Positions 36,860 to 44,853 of a DNA stretch of 64,000 nt are shown in pieces. Source of the stretch: a virus; the IMG/VR virus record IMGVR_UViG_3300044695_003767. One strand, given 5' to 3'. Each line of letters begins with the position of its first letter. The first letter of the stretch is position 1. A program made the translations under genes and the position numbers. Below the pieces are notes generated by a model. The model saw only the letters and a list, made by a program, of their open reading frames with translations. It was not told where the DNA came from and did not search any database.

Positions 36860-37027
36860 ATGTCCGAAACACTGTATCGAATTGAAGAGTATTGTACGAC
36901 TGGCTGGGCACTCATTGATTCTCATCAAGTAAAACTGACTAAAGAACAATGTAAAGAACAACTGGATATGTATCTTGCTCAAGGTCATAATCCTCAATAT
37001 TTGAGAGCTGTTCCTGATGGCAATTGA
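36860..37027 (+). CDS. Hypothetical protein
   Basis: LYRIEE..TTGW...LTKEQC...G.NP..LR. Confidence 0.6.
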   Translation: MSETLYRIEEYCTTGWALIDSHQVKLTKEQCKEQLDMYLAQGHNPQYLRAVPDGN

Positions 37028-37298
37028 GTTTCCACATAAAGCACCCAAAGGAATGTATTATGAGCAAACTGAGTTTAAACGCAATGTTACTGCTATCTGG
37101 ATTCACTATAAGTGTAAGTTTGATTACAATCTTGGTGATCCAGTTCGTTGTATCTGGGGATTCTACAATACTAAAACAAAACAATACCACGCACCAATCA
37201 ATTCAAAGACAGTGGGTGATGTAGTAAGTATTCATAATACAACACCATATTCTGCAATGATTCCTAAGCAAACTGTATTGGAGTCTTGCTTTGTATGA
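37017..37298 (+). CDS. Conserved cyanophage hypothetical protein
   Basis: FPH.AP.G..Y...IWGFY...PIN..T.G...TTPYSAM. Confidence 0.75.
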   Translation: MAIEFPHKAPKGMYYEQTEFKRNVTAIWIHYKCKFDYNLGDPVRCIWGFYNTKTKQYHAPINSKTVGDVVSIHNTTPYSAMIPKQTVLESCFV

Positions 37299-37588
37299 GT
37301 TACATTCCAGAAGTTAATCATTATGTAAAGTGGAAATCACACATTGAAGGGTGGATTTACTTCAAGGATAAGGAATATATTACGATAGAAATTGGAGTCA
37401 AACCAAAAGATGAAGAGAATTACGAAGCGTGTTCAATTCATCGCAATGATCGTTTGATGGTGCTGTGTTATCATAACCAATGGAAAGAATTAAAATATAT
37501 AAAGTCTAGACAATCAAGATATGAAAAAAAAGAAAACACTGTGGAGATTGTGGGCGAAATCTATTGGGGAGAAGGCATCGAAAAATGA
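37295..37588 (+). CDS. Hypothetical protein
   Basis: EGW.YF...YITIE.GVKPK. Confidence 0.7.
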   Translation: MSYIPEVNHYVKWKSHIEGWIYFKDKEYITIEIGVKPKDEENYEACSIHRNDRLMVLCYHNQWKELKYIKSRQSRYEKKENTVEIVGEIYWGEGIEK

Positions 37589-37730
37589 CAGAGAAGCAGA
37601 CCACGTTGCTCATATACGGACTGTTATATTTCTCACTTATCTCATTACTAATCTTTTTATTGTTGCAGGGGTCGTAAGACATTGGAACGACATTGAGTAT
37701 CAACAACCCGTGAATCATGGACAAATATAG
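37521..37730 (+). CDS. Small membrane protein
   Basis: WRLWAK..GEK...EAD.VA.IRT...TN.FIVAGV.RHW. Confidence 0.7.
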   Translation: MKKKKTLWRLWAKSIGEKASKNDREADHVAHIRTVIFLTYLITNLFIVAGVVRHWNDIEYQQPVNHGQI

Positions 37731-38334
37731 AAAAATAATCTTTCCGACTTACATTTATCAATATAGTCTTCGGGAGAAGAATCAAGTTCTAAAAGAACTT
37801 CTTCTTCCGAAGATTTTGCAGTATCAAAAAGATTTTAAATTGAATCCACCGCAAGGATGGACAACGGATAAAGTTTACACAACATTTGAGCAGAATGAAT
37901 TAAACTATAAGTTATTCATTCAGTCTTCAGAAGTTCGTCAAAACTATGAAAAGCATTTCTCTCAAGTCTTTGGAAAGGGAACACAATTTGAGTTTACTGG
38001 TGCCTGGTTCAATTACTATACCAATGGTGAATATCAGGAAGAACACGATCATATGGGTGATTCATTCAATGTACCAGATGCACATTTTTCTGCAATTCAT
38101 TTTTTACAGTTTGATCCAAAACGTCACGCACCAGTCACATTCATTGATTCATTGAGTAAGTTAAATCGAAGATACAATAATTTCTATGTCTATAATCCTA
38201 GAATTGCAGAAGGTGATTTAATCATTTTTCCATCACATTTGAGTCACCGTGTGAAACCATCACAACCAACACCTGATTATCCAAGAGTGACGATTGCTTT
38301 TAACCTTCATATTCAGACGATTCATGCAAATTAA
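37717..38334 (+). CDS. Putative 2OG-Fe(II) oxygenase
   Basis: WFNYY..GEYQE.HDH...FSAIHFL...EGDLIIFPS.L.H.V...RVTIAFN. Confidence 0.85.
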   Translation: MDKYRKIIFPTYIYQYSLREKNQVLKELLLPKILQYQKDFKLNPPQGWTTDKVYTTFEQNELNYKLFIQSSEVRQNYEKHFSQVFGKGTQFEFTGAWFNYYTNGEYQEEHDHMGDSFNVPDAHFSAIHFLQFDPKRHAPVTFIDSLSKLNRRYNNFYVYNPRIAEGDLIIFPSHLSHRVKPSQPTPDYPRVTIAFNLHIQTIHAN

Positions 38335-38803
38335 TTTTATCGATAACTTCTTAACAAAATCAGAACATCAGAGAGTTTATCAATACTGTCTGAGTGCTTC
38401 CTATCGTTATGGTGAACAGGACAATCCACAGACTCCGACGACTGGAATGGTTCATAACATATCTGGAAATGAGTTTGTCTATAAGGTCTTAAATCGAAAG
38501 ATTCTAGAAACATTTGATTTTCTTGGTCCACTCAAACTGTATCGAATGTATGTGAATTGTTTTGCCCCTGGTGAACGATCCTATTTTCATATTGATCACA
38601 ATACTGGATATACCTTGTTGTATTATCCACATTTAGAATGGAGTTTGAATGATGGTGGTGAAACACAATTTTACCTGGAAGAAAGTATTCAAGGAATTTG
38701 TGCCGTTCCCAATCGACTTGCAATATTTGATGCATCATTATTACATCGTGCGACACCATTTTATCATTCACATCGATTCACGATCGCAATCAAATACAGG
38801 TAA
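38324..38803 (+). CDS. 2OG-Fe(II) oxygenase
   Basis: R.YVNCF..GE...FHID...GGETQF...FD..LLH.AT...RFTIAIKY. Confidence 0.85.
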   Translation: MQINFIDNFLTKSEHQRVYQYCLSASYRYGEQDNPQTPTTGMVHNISGNEFVYKVLNRKILETFDFLGPLKLYRMYVNCFAPGERSYFHIDHNTGYTLLYYPHLEWSLNDGGETQFYLEESIQGICAVPNRLAIFDASLLHRATPFYHSHRFTIAIKYR

Positions 38804-38844
38804 GAGTCTAAATATCTAAAAATAGACTTCTATTTCTCTTTGAA

Positions 38845-40113
38845 ATGCCAGTTAATACAACACAGACAAAGTATTTTCAGAATATTGGACCAAGTGCAGA
38901 TTCTCTGAGTTTCAGTACAATTGCCTCTACATTAGGAAACTCTTCGACGAACATTCGATTTGGTGATTATCGAAGAAAGACAAGTGCAAATGAAGTATTT
39001 GTCGATGTAAGTGCCAGTGCAGAACAAAAACTTGCACAGACTGGTATTGTACCTGATTCAATTGAAAATCAGACTTGTGGTGTCGATGGAAACGGAATTA
39101 CGACACTGAACGATCATAAGATTTCCAGTCTGAAGAATATGATCAAACGTTATGATGTATCCTATACTGGAAACACATCCAGTCAAATTGACATTAGCCC
39201 TGGTGGTGGAACGATTGCAGATAACTGGGCAACAAATATTGATTTGAATGTACCAAAAAGAGTCACCTTTGATAGTTCGACACTAAAGGCAAGTACAACA
39301 TCAGAACACGCTGTCGTGTTTAGTGGTTCGGCACTAAATTTAGATCTAACGTTCAATGCCACACAGGTTCTGGGAAGAGAAGGAGTTGGTGGAACAAAGG
39401 CAACTGCCAATACATCTGCGACTGGTGGTGGTGCTGGTGGTGGTGCATTGTATCTGAGAAATACGACATCCAGAACATCTGGAAATGCGTCTACAATTAA
39501 TCTAACTCTCAACAATACTGCACTGATTGCTGGTGGTGGAGGCGGTGGAGGTGGTGGTGCCACAGGAACAGTTAGTGGTACGACTCAATGCACCAATTAC
39601 AATGATTATTCTTATAATAACAATTATTGGGCTTATCTTTACGGTGGATGTCCAGTTGCTTGTGATAGTGGTGATACTCAATTAGCCTGTAATTATAGCA
39701 ATGATATTCGATATTTCCGTGGTACGGGTGGATTTTCTCAGGGTACTTGGTATTCCTATCCCTGGACAGTCACGTGCCGTAAGTTTATCACCACCGACAA
39801 TGGTGCAGTTGCAGCAGCATCTGGTGGAGATGGTGGTGTTGGTCAAGGATCAAACAATGCCAATGCAGGTGTTGGAGGTAATGCAAGTGGTGCAGCATCA
39901 CTAAATTGCCCTGGTGGTACTTATGCCCAGAATGCAACATCGAATACGACTGCTGGTGTTGCTGGTGGAGATGGTGGAACCTATGGTCTTCCTGGTGGAA
40001 ATACAAATGTAGCCAATGGTGGATCTGCTGGTCCTTGGTTGAATGTATCTAATACACGATGGGCAAACAGAGGTGCATCAGGAGCACTTGTACAAAGAGT
40101 CAATACTATTTGA
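38845..40113 (+). CDS. Glycine-rich gp38-like adhesin/tail-tip protein
   Basis: GREG.GG...GGAGGGALY...L.N...IAGGGGGGGGG...GGDGG.G.G...GGDGG..G..GG...GG.AG polyglycine pattern; late promoter TAAATA at 38809. Confidence 0.6.
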   Translation: MPVNTTQTKYFQNIGPSADSLSFSTIASTLGNSSTNIRFGDYRRKTSANEVFVDVSASAEQKLAQTGIVPDSIENQTCGVDGNGITTLNDHKISSLKNMIKRYDVSYTGNTSSQIDISPGGGTIADNWATNIDLNVPKRVTFDSSTLKASTTSEHAVVFSGSALNLDLTFNATQVLGREGVGGTKATANTSATGGGAGGGALYLRNTTSRTSGNASTINLTLNNTALIAGGGGGGGGGATGTVSGTTQCTNYNDYSYNNNYWAYLYGGCPVACDSGDTQLACNYSNDIRYFRGTGGFSQGTWYSYPWTVTCRKFITTDNGAVAAASGGDGGVGQGSNNANAGVGGNASGAASLNCPGGTYAQNATSNTTAGVAGGDGGTYGLPGGNTNVANGGSAGPWLNVSNTRWANRGASGALVQRVNTI

Positions 40114-40138
40114 CATTTAATTCGATTGTTGATAGAAT
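40110..40138 (+). promoter_or_regulatory. Sigma70-type promoter
   Basis: TTGACA-17-TAGAAT overlapping the adhesin stop codon. Confidence 0.7.
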
Positions 40139-40157
40139 AGAAAAAAACTGATGTCAT

Positions 40158-40475
40158 ATGAAACTGTCTGAATTTATTTTTCATATTGTCTGTGAAATGA
40201 ATGATGCTCGATTCGCATTTCCAGTCAAGGTCAAAGAAGAAAAGGAAAGACTGGCACATTGCCTGAGTTGTGATCATTATGATGCCGAATCTCAGATGTG
40301 TGGATTGTGCAATTGTTATGTGCCAAACAAGGTAAAGCACTTGTATGAGTTCTGTCCTCTCGAAAAATGGGATCGAAGTTCCGAAACCTGGAATGATACG
40401 TATTGTAATCTGTTTGCCGAAAAAGTCATTGAAAAGTACCCTGATGCAGAAGAATGGAAGAATCAATTAAACTAA
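40158..40475 (+). CDS. Cys-rich protein (DUF6171-like)
   Basis: R..CLSC...MCGLCNC...K...CPLEKW. Confidence 0.7.
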   Translation: MKLSEFIFHIVCEMNDARFAFPVKVKEEKERLAHCLSCDHYDAESQMCGLCNCYVPNKVKHLYEFCPLEKWDRSSETWNDTYCNLFAEKVIEKYPDAEEWKNQLN

Positions 40476-41053
40476 AAGGAACGTATGAAGACTTTATTGG
40501 AACATACGAAAACATTCTAGATTTCAATCTCTGTGATGAGATCATAGGTGCATTTGATTATTATCACGATATGGATGCCGTCTTCTGTGAAGATGGACAA
40601 TTTGAGAATTCCAATGCAGGACGATTCGATTGGGCAATTGATCTATCAGAACTTGGATCAACAATGAAACCGACTCATCCTCAACAGATTGTGAATAATG
40701 TACTGAAAGAATGTCTAGATGAGTATATGACTGTCTTTGGTCATCTTAAACCATTGGTTCTTTATTCGATTAATCAGAAGGTACAAAAGACTCCTGCTGG
40801 TGGTGGTTATCACGTCTGGCACGATGAGAATACTTCTATTCAACATTCATCTAGAGTTGCTGTTTGGATGTTTTATTTGAATGATGACTTTGAAGGAGGA
40901 GAGACTGAGTTTCTGTATTATAAGAAGAGAATCAATCCATCGAAAGGAACATTGTTAATTTGGCCTGCTGGATTAACACATTGTCATCGTGGTGGATTAG
41001 TTCTGAAAGGTACAAAGTATGTTGTAACGGGATGGTTCTATGTCGGACAATAA
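40454..41053 (+). CDS. 2OG-Fe(II) oxygenase (prolyl-4-hydroxylase-like)
   Basis: KVQKT..GGGYHVWHDE...YLND.FEGGETEF...WPA..TH.HRG...KY..TGW. Confidence 0.9.
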   Translation: MEESIKLKGTYEDFIGTYENILDFNLCDEIIGAFDYYHDMDAVFCEDGQFENSNAGRFDWAIDLSELGSTMKPTHPQQIVNNVLKECLDEYMTVFGHLKPLVLYSINQKVQKTPAGGGYHVWHDENTSIQHSSRVAVWMFYLNDDFEGGETEFLYYKKRINPSKGTLLIWPAGLTHCHRGGLVLKGTKYVVTGWFYVGQ

Positions 41054-41312
41054 AGAAGAGAAAGAGTTTCCATCATTAATCGAACAAGGAAAGAATCTGG
41101 CACAGTTCACGTTTGAGGTTGTTAAGGATGTTGTTGTGCCAAATACTGAACATCAGATCTATGCTAGTAATGAGGTTAAGAAGCAAAGGTTAGATACTTG
41201 TAAGACTTGCGAATATTATCATCAACAACAGAATCGTTGTAGGCACTGTGGTTGTTGGTTAGAACATAAGACTAAGTTCATTGTTGCAGAGTGTCCGATT
41301 GGAAAATGGTAG
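41040..41312 (+). CDS. Cys-rich protein (DUF6171-like)
   Basis: R..TCKTC...RCRHCGC...K...CPIGKW. Confidence 0.75.
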   Translation: MSDNKEEKEFPSLIEQGKNLAQFTFEVVKDVVVPNTEHQIYASNEVKKQRLDTCKTCEYYHQQQNRCRHCGCWLEHKTKFIVAECPIGKW

Positions 41313-41445
41313 CGAATAATACTAAAATAAGTTAAATTTAATTAAAAAAGGTATTAAAAAACTAATATGTTCTTTCTATAACATTCTCAATAAGGTGTAA
41401 TTAATTGAGAATCAATAGTGTATTATAGTTGAGAATAAGTCTTAT

Positions 41446-41587
41446 ACTTGTATTTTATAAGTGTGATAAAACCTTATAAATGCCTCTGAGACTTGTGTTC
41501 ATAAAGTCTTTTAAATGTTTATAAATGCCTCTGAGACTTGTATTTTATAAGTGTGATAAAACCTTATAAATGCCTCTGAGACTTGTG
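41446..41587. repeat. 45-bp-period direct repeats with 23-bp core TTATAAATGCCTCTGAGACTTGT (3 copies)
   Basis: Cores at 41474, 41519 and 41564; 41446-41497 is identical to 41536-41587. Confidence 0.95.
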
Positions 41588-41601
41588 AGTTTAGTCCGCG
41601 C

Positions 41602-41631
41602 ATTATAACACACGAGACCCCGAAATGTCAA
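41602..41631 (-). promoter_or_regulatory. Leftward sigma70 consensus promoter
   Basis: Minus strand TTGACA-18-TATAAT. Confidence 0.65.
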
Positions 41632-41666
41632 CCCCCCACGAGATTTGCTACGAGACCCACACATAT

Positions 41667-41924
41667 CTCGACGAGAATTATAATCATATCTTAACATTTC
41701 TCGACGAGAATACATATATATCATTATGAGACTCGACGAGATTGTGCATCATAAGGGCTTGCAAACTCGTCGAGATCGTGCTACACTATAACAGTCATCA
41801 ATCATTCTCGACGAGCATTATGTACGACGACTACGATCTCGACTACTCTTTCAGTAACGATTACAATCTCGACGAGGACTCATACTACGAGCATTATGTG
41901 CAAGGTGATGCGAACCTCGACGAG
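41667..41924. repeat. Seven CTCGWCGAG palindromes
   Basis: At 41667, 41700, 41732, 41766, 41807, 41868 and 41916. Confidence 0.9.
41759..41787 (+). promoter_or_regulatory. Rightward promoter with a palindrome in the spacer
   Basis: TTGCAA-17-TACACT; CTCGTCGAG between the boxes. Confidence 0.55.
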
Positions 41925-41981
41925 GATTATGCACGAGATGGGCAAGATTACGAATCACTTGCATATCGTCATTATGCATGA
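41820..41981 (+). CDS. Asp/Tyr-rich acidic small protein
   Basis: MYDDYDLDYSFSNDYNLDEDSYYEHY... Confidence 0.6.
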   Translation: MYDDYDLDYSFSNDYNLDEDSYYEHYVQGDANLDEDYARDGQDYESLAYRHYA

Positions 41982-42011
41982 TAGAATCTAGCACACATAC
42001 ACGAGAGCATC

Positions 42012-42164
42012 ATGATAGCACAGAAGCGTATCGTACAGGTTACACTAGATATCATGTGTTATGATGATCTAGACCTAGATGATATTAACTGGCGTGAGTT
42101 ATTGCAACTCGAACCAGGTGAAGATGTCCATTGTAAGGTACAAGAATTCGATATCGATTGGTAA
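42012..42164 (+). CDS. Small acidic protein
   Basis: VTLDIMCYDDLDLDDINWRELLQLEPGEDV; promoter TTGCAT-17-TAGAAT at 41959. Confidence 0.65.
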   Translation: MIAQKRIVQVTLDIMCYDDLDLDDINWRELLQLEPGEDVHCKVQEFDIDW

Positions 42165-42165
42165 T

Positions 42166-42303
42166 GTGCCAGTTTGTAGATTGGCACATATTCTCAATTA
42201 GTAATACTTATTGATTCTCAATAACAAGATCTTATTGAGAATATGTGACAGTCGGAGAACTGGCACAAGACCCATTGCATACGTGATATCTCCGTGCCAT
42301 ACT
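42166..42303 (+). promoter_or_regulatory. Double-palindrome promoter region
   Basis: Palindromes at 42166 and 42245; TTGCAT-17-CATACT; ATTCTCAAT inverted pair between them. Confidence 0.65.
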
Positions 42304-42354
42304 ACATTCGTGGTTGAGAAATTCTCTACATTCTCTTCCAACCACGAAAATATC

Positions 42355-42603
42355 ATGAAACTCTTTGCCTCGAAATTCTACCAAACTCTGGTGCTAAATG
42401 TTGCCACGATTGCTGCAATTGTCGTGGGTTTGTATCAGTTTGCTGTTCGTGCCTATGTTGAAAACAACGGGGCAGAAAAGACCCGCAAGGTGATTCAAAC
42501 TGTTCTGCAGTTCGTTGATACTATTGTTGGGCAATTGCAAGCGTTGGTTGATACCGATGTGCCAGTTGTGAAAGTGGCACAGAAAACTACCAAACGTTCC
42601 TGA
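42355..42603 (+). CDS. Membrane protein
   Basis: TM segment VATIAAIVVGLYQFAV. Confidence 0.65.
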   Translation: MKLFASKFYQTLVLNVATIAAIVVGLYQFAVRAYVENNGAEKTRKVIQTVLQFVDTIVGQLQALVDTDVPVVKVAQKTTKRS

Positions 42604-42638
42604 TTCCTGCTAGTTTACATTCGTTCCTGAGATTTCCG

Positions 42639-42842
42639 ATGATTTTTCTGACTTCTACCAATCACGGTTGTGTGTATACTTTGGGACAAGAAGATGGGGA
42701 TGAGTTGTATTATGCCCCAATCTACACCAACGGTACAGTAAATCTCGAAGAATTTGCTCCTGTTGATATGAATGAAATTGATATGGATGATATGGAAGTG
42801 TTTGATATCATTCGTCGCCTTAAAGTTATGAATGAGGTGTGA
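42639..42842 (+). CDS. Small acidic protein
   Basis: After palindrome promoter 42559. Confidence 0.65.
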   Translation: MIFLTSTNHGCVYTLGQEDGDELYYAPIYTNGTVNLEEFAPVDMNEIDMDDMEVFDIIRRLKVMNEV

Positions 42843-42920
42843 CGGTCTGACAAGTGGCACACACCCCCTTGCGGTTCTGATTAATCCGTTCTACATTACA
42901 TTCGTTCCTGAGAGATTTCA

Positions 42921-43049
42921 ATGTTTGATGAACTCTGGTCTGAGATTCAAGATGCTCCTGGTGAGATCTTCGATATGGACATTCCCGAACTTCGTGATAC
43001 TGAGAAGTTCGATGTCAATGAGTACCTGAACGCAAACTACGATTACTGA
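42921..43049 (+). CDS. Small acidic protein
   Basis: MFDELWSEIQDAPGEIFDMDIPEL...; after palindrome promoter 42839. Confidence 0.6.
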   Translation: MFDELWSEIQDAPGEIFDMDIPELRDTEKFDVNEYLNANYDY

Positions 43050-43207
43050 TGAACACAATCAGTCGCCAACATTGGGACACTCTTTATACCAAACTCTACG
43101 ATGCGTATGAAGAGTGTTCTAAGAATTATGATGAAACTTACCGACAAAAAATCGGTATGATTCTTGACCACATGATTTACAATCAACCCCACCTTAACAT
43201 CAAATGA
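43049..43207 (+). CDS. Hypothetical protein
   Basis: Coupled at both ends. Confidence 0.55.
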   Translation: MNTISRQHWDTLYTKLYDAYEECSKNYDETYRQKIGMILDHMIYNQPHLNIK

Positions 43208-43401
43208 CTGACACCTTTGACCGTGATTCTCTCATTGCTGATTATGCTCAGCAGATCCTAGATGGGATGGATATGAAAACAATGGAGTGTTTCGTTTATG
43301 ATACTTTGAAGGATAATCTTTCGTCCTATTCTGATGAGGAATTGATTGCTGAGATTACAGAATACAATCCCGAACTGCTGGAGGATGTGACAGTCGGATA
43401 A
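43204..43401 (+). CDS. Small acidic protein
   Basis: I.DGMD.KT...D.L...SDEEL..EI..Y.PELL. Confidence 0.7.
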   Translation: MTDTFDRDSLIADYAQQILDGMDMKTMECFVYDTLKDNLSSYSDEELIAEITEYNPELLEDVTVG

Positions 43402-43470
43402 GTGGCACAAGGGGGATTGCAAAGTCCCCCGATCTGATCCATACTACCTTTGTTGAAACGAACGACACCA

Positions 43471-43692
43471 ATGAGCACCGCAACTTACAACGGTTGGGCA
43501 AACTACGAAACCTGGAATGTTGCTCTGTGGATTCAGAATGATGAGGGTTTGTATAACATTGCCCGTCGTTATGATGATTATCTTAAGTTCGTAAAGCACA
43601 TGTGGTTTGATGCTACAACTCCCGATGGGGTTAGCTACACTGATCCTAAACTTGATTGGGATGAACTGAATGAAATGATGGCCGATCTCTGA
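43471..43692 (+). CDS. Conserved phage hypothetical protein
   Basis: TYNGWANYETWNVALWI.NDEGLY; after palindrome promoter 43387. Confidence 0.75.
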   Translation: MSTATYNGWANYETWNVALWIQNDEGLYNIARRYDDYLKFVKHMWFDATTPDGVSYTDPKLDWDELNEMMADL

Positions 43693-43728
43693 CCTTAAGT
43701 AACACTTACCAATCACAACATTTGACCA

Positions 43729-43896
43729 ATGCCTGACATCACTCCCATCGTTGATCTATTTTATCATCTGCCTGAGGGTACTGGTAAGGTCCTCCTGCTG
43801 TTTGCTCTTGCTATGGGCATCGGGGTCATGATCACCGTCAAGGTGAAGGGTAGTTTGAGCAATGCCGACGATTTCATTTGGTGGGACGATCTCTGA
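43729..43896 (+). CDS. Small membrane protein
   Basis: TM segment VLLLFALAMGIGVMITV. Confidence 0.5.
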   Translation: MPDITPIVDLFYHLPEGTGKVLLLFALAMGIGVMITVKVKGSLSNADDFIWWDDL

Positions 43897-43947
43897 ACTG
43901 GCACACTGAGACCCCAGATCCGACTTCCGACCCTGTAGACTGAAAGC

Positions 43948-44853
43948 ATGAAAAACACCCACCTTGAGCACCCTGAAGATACCATCCTCACGGGTGATCT
44001 TTCTGTCCTGGATTGGTTTGTAACTCCTGGCACTTTGTCTGTTAAGATAGACGGTGCTCCCGCAATTGTGTGGGGAATTGATCCTGCAACTGGTACATTT
44101 TTCGTTGGCACTAAAGCAGTGTTCAACAAGAAAAAGATTCGTATTGCTCACAATCATGAAGAGATTGATCAATTCTACGATGGAAATGTTGCAGAAATTC
44201 TTCACTCTTGTTTTGATTGCTTACCTCATACAGACACCATTTATCAGGCAGACTTTATCGGGTTTGGTGGATCTACTGAATACAAATCCAACACCATCAC
44301 CTATCAGTTCCCTGAGGTAGTTTCTCAGCAAATTATCATTGCACCTCACACCTGCTATTATGCTGAGAACGATCTGCGTGATGCTCAGGCATTCCCTGAT
44401 CGTGCAGTCTGGAATGATACCGAATCGGTCAAATATGTGAAACCGAATGCATACATTCTGCACGGTCAAACGTCCTTTGCCGATGTTGATGAGATCTGCA
44501 AATTTGCCCGTCAGATGGCAACCACTGTGACCTTTGTAACTGATAAGGAAGCAGCAAAGATCAAACAACAACTTAATGCCTGCATTCGTGCTGGTGAACA
44601 GATCAGTGTAGAGAGTGTGAATGAGTTTGATTGTGATCCTAACCTGATTCGTTTGTGGGCATTGGTGAAGTCGATCAAAGATGATTGTTTGTTCCTGTGC
44701 CGCAATGATGGTCCCGCAGCATACATCGGGCACAACAGAATCGATGCCGAAGGTTATGTGATGACCAATGAGTTTGGTATGTTCAAACTGGTGAATCGTG
44801 AGGTCTTTTCTTATCACAATTTCAACTCAGGTCGTTTCCAGTGTGCCAGTTGA
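43948..44853 (+). CDS. Conserved cyanophage protein with ligase/nucleotidyltransferase-like motifs
   Basis: MKNTHLEHPED...SVKIDGAP...YQADF...EGYVM...KLV.R. Confidence 0.65.
   Translation: MKNTHLEHPEDTILTGDLSVLDWFVTPGTLSVKIDGAPAIVWGIDPATGTFFVGTKAVFNKKKIRIAHNHEEIDQFYDGNVAEILHSCFDCLPHTDTIYQADFIGFGGSTEYKSNTITYQFPEVVSQQIIIAPHTCYYAENDLRDAQAFPDRAVWNDTESVKYVKPNAYILHGQTSFADVDEICKFARQMATTVTFVTDKEAAKIKQQLNACIRAGEQISVESVNEFDCDPNLIRLWALVKSIKDDCLFLCRNDGPAAYIGHNRIDAEGYVMTNEFGMFKLVNREVFSYHNFNSGRFQCAS

Noticed and set aside
41446-41587. CRISPR mini-array
   Set aside because: Only three repeats, 22-nt spacers of which two are identical, a non-palindromic repeat and no cas genes. This is tandem duplication.
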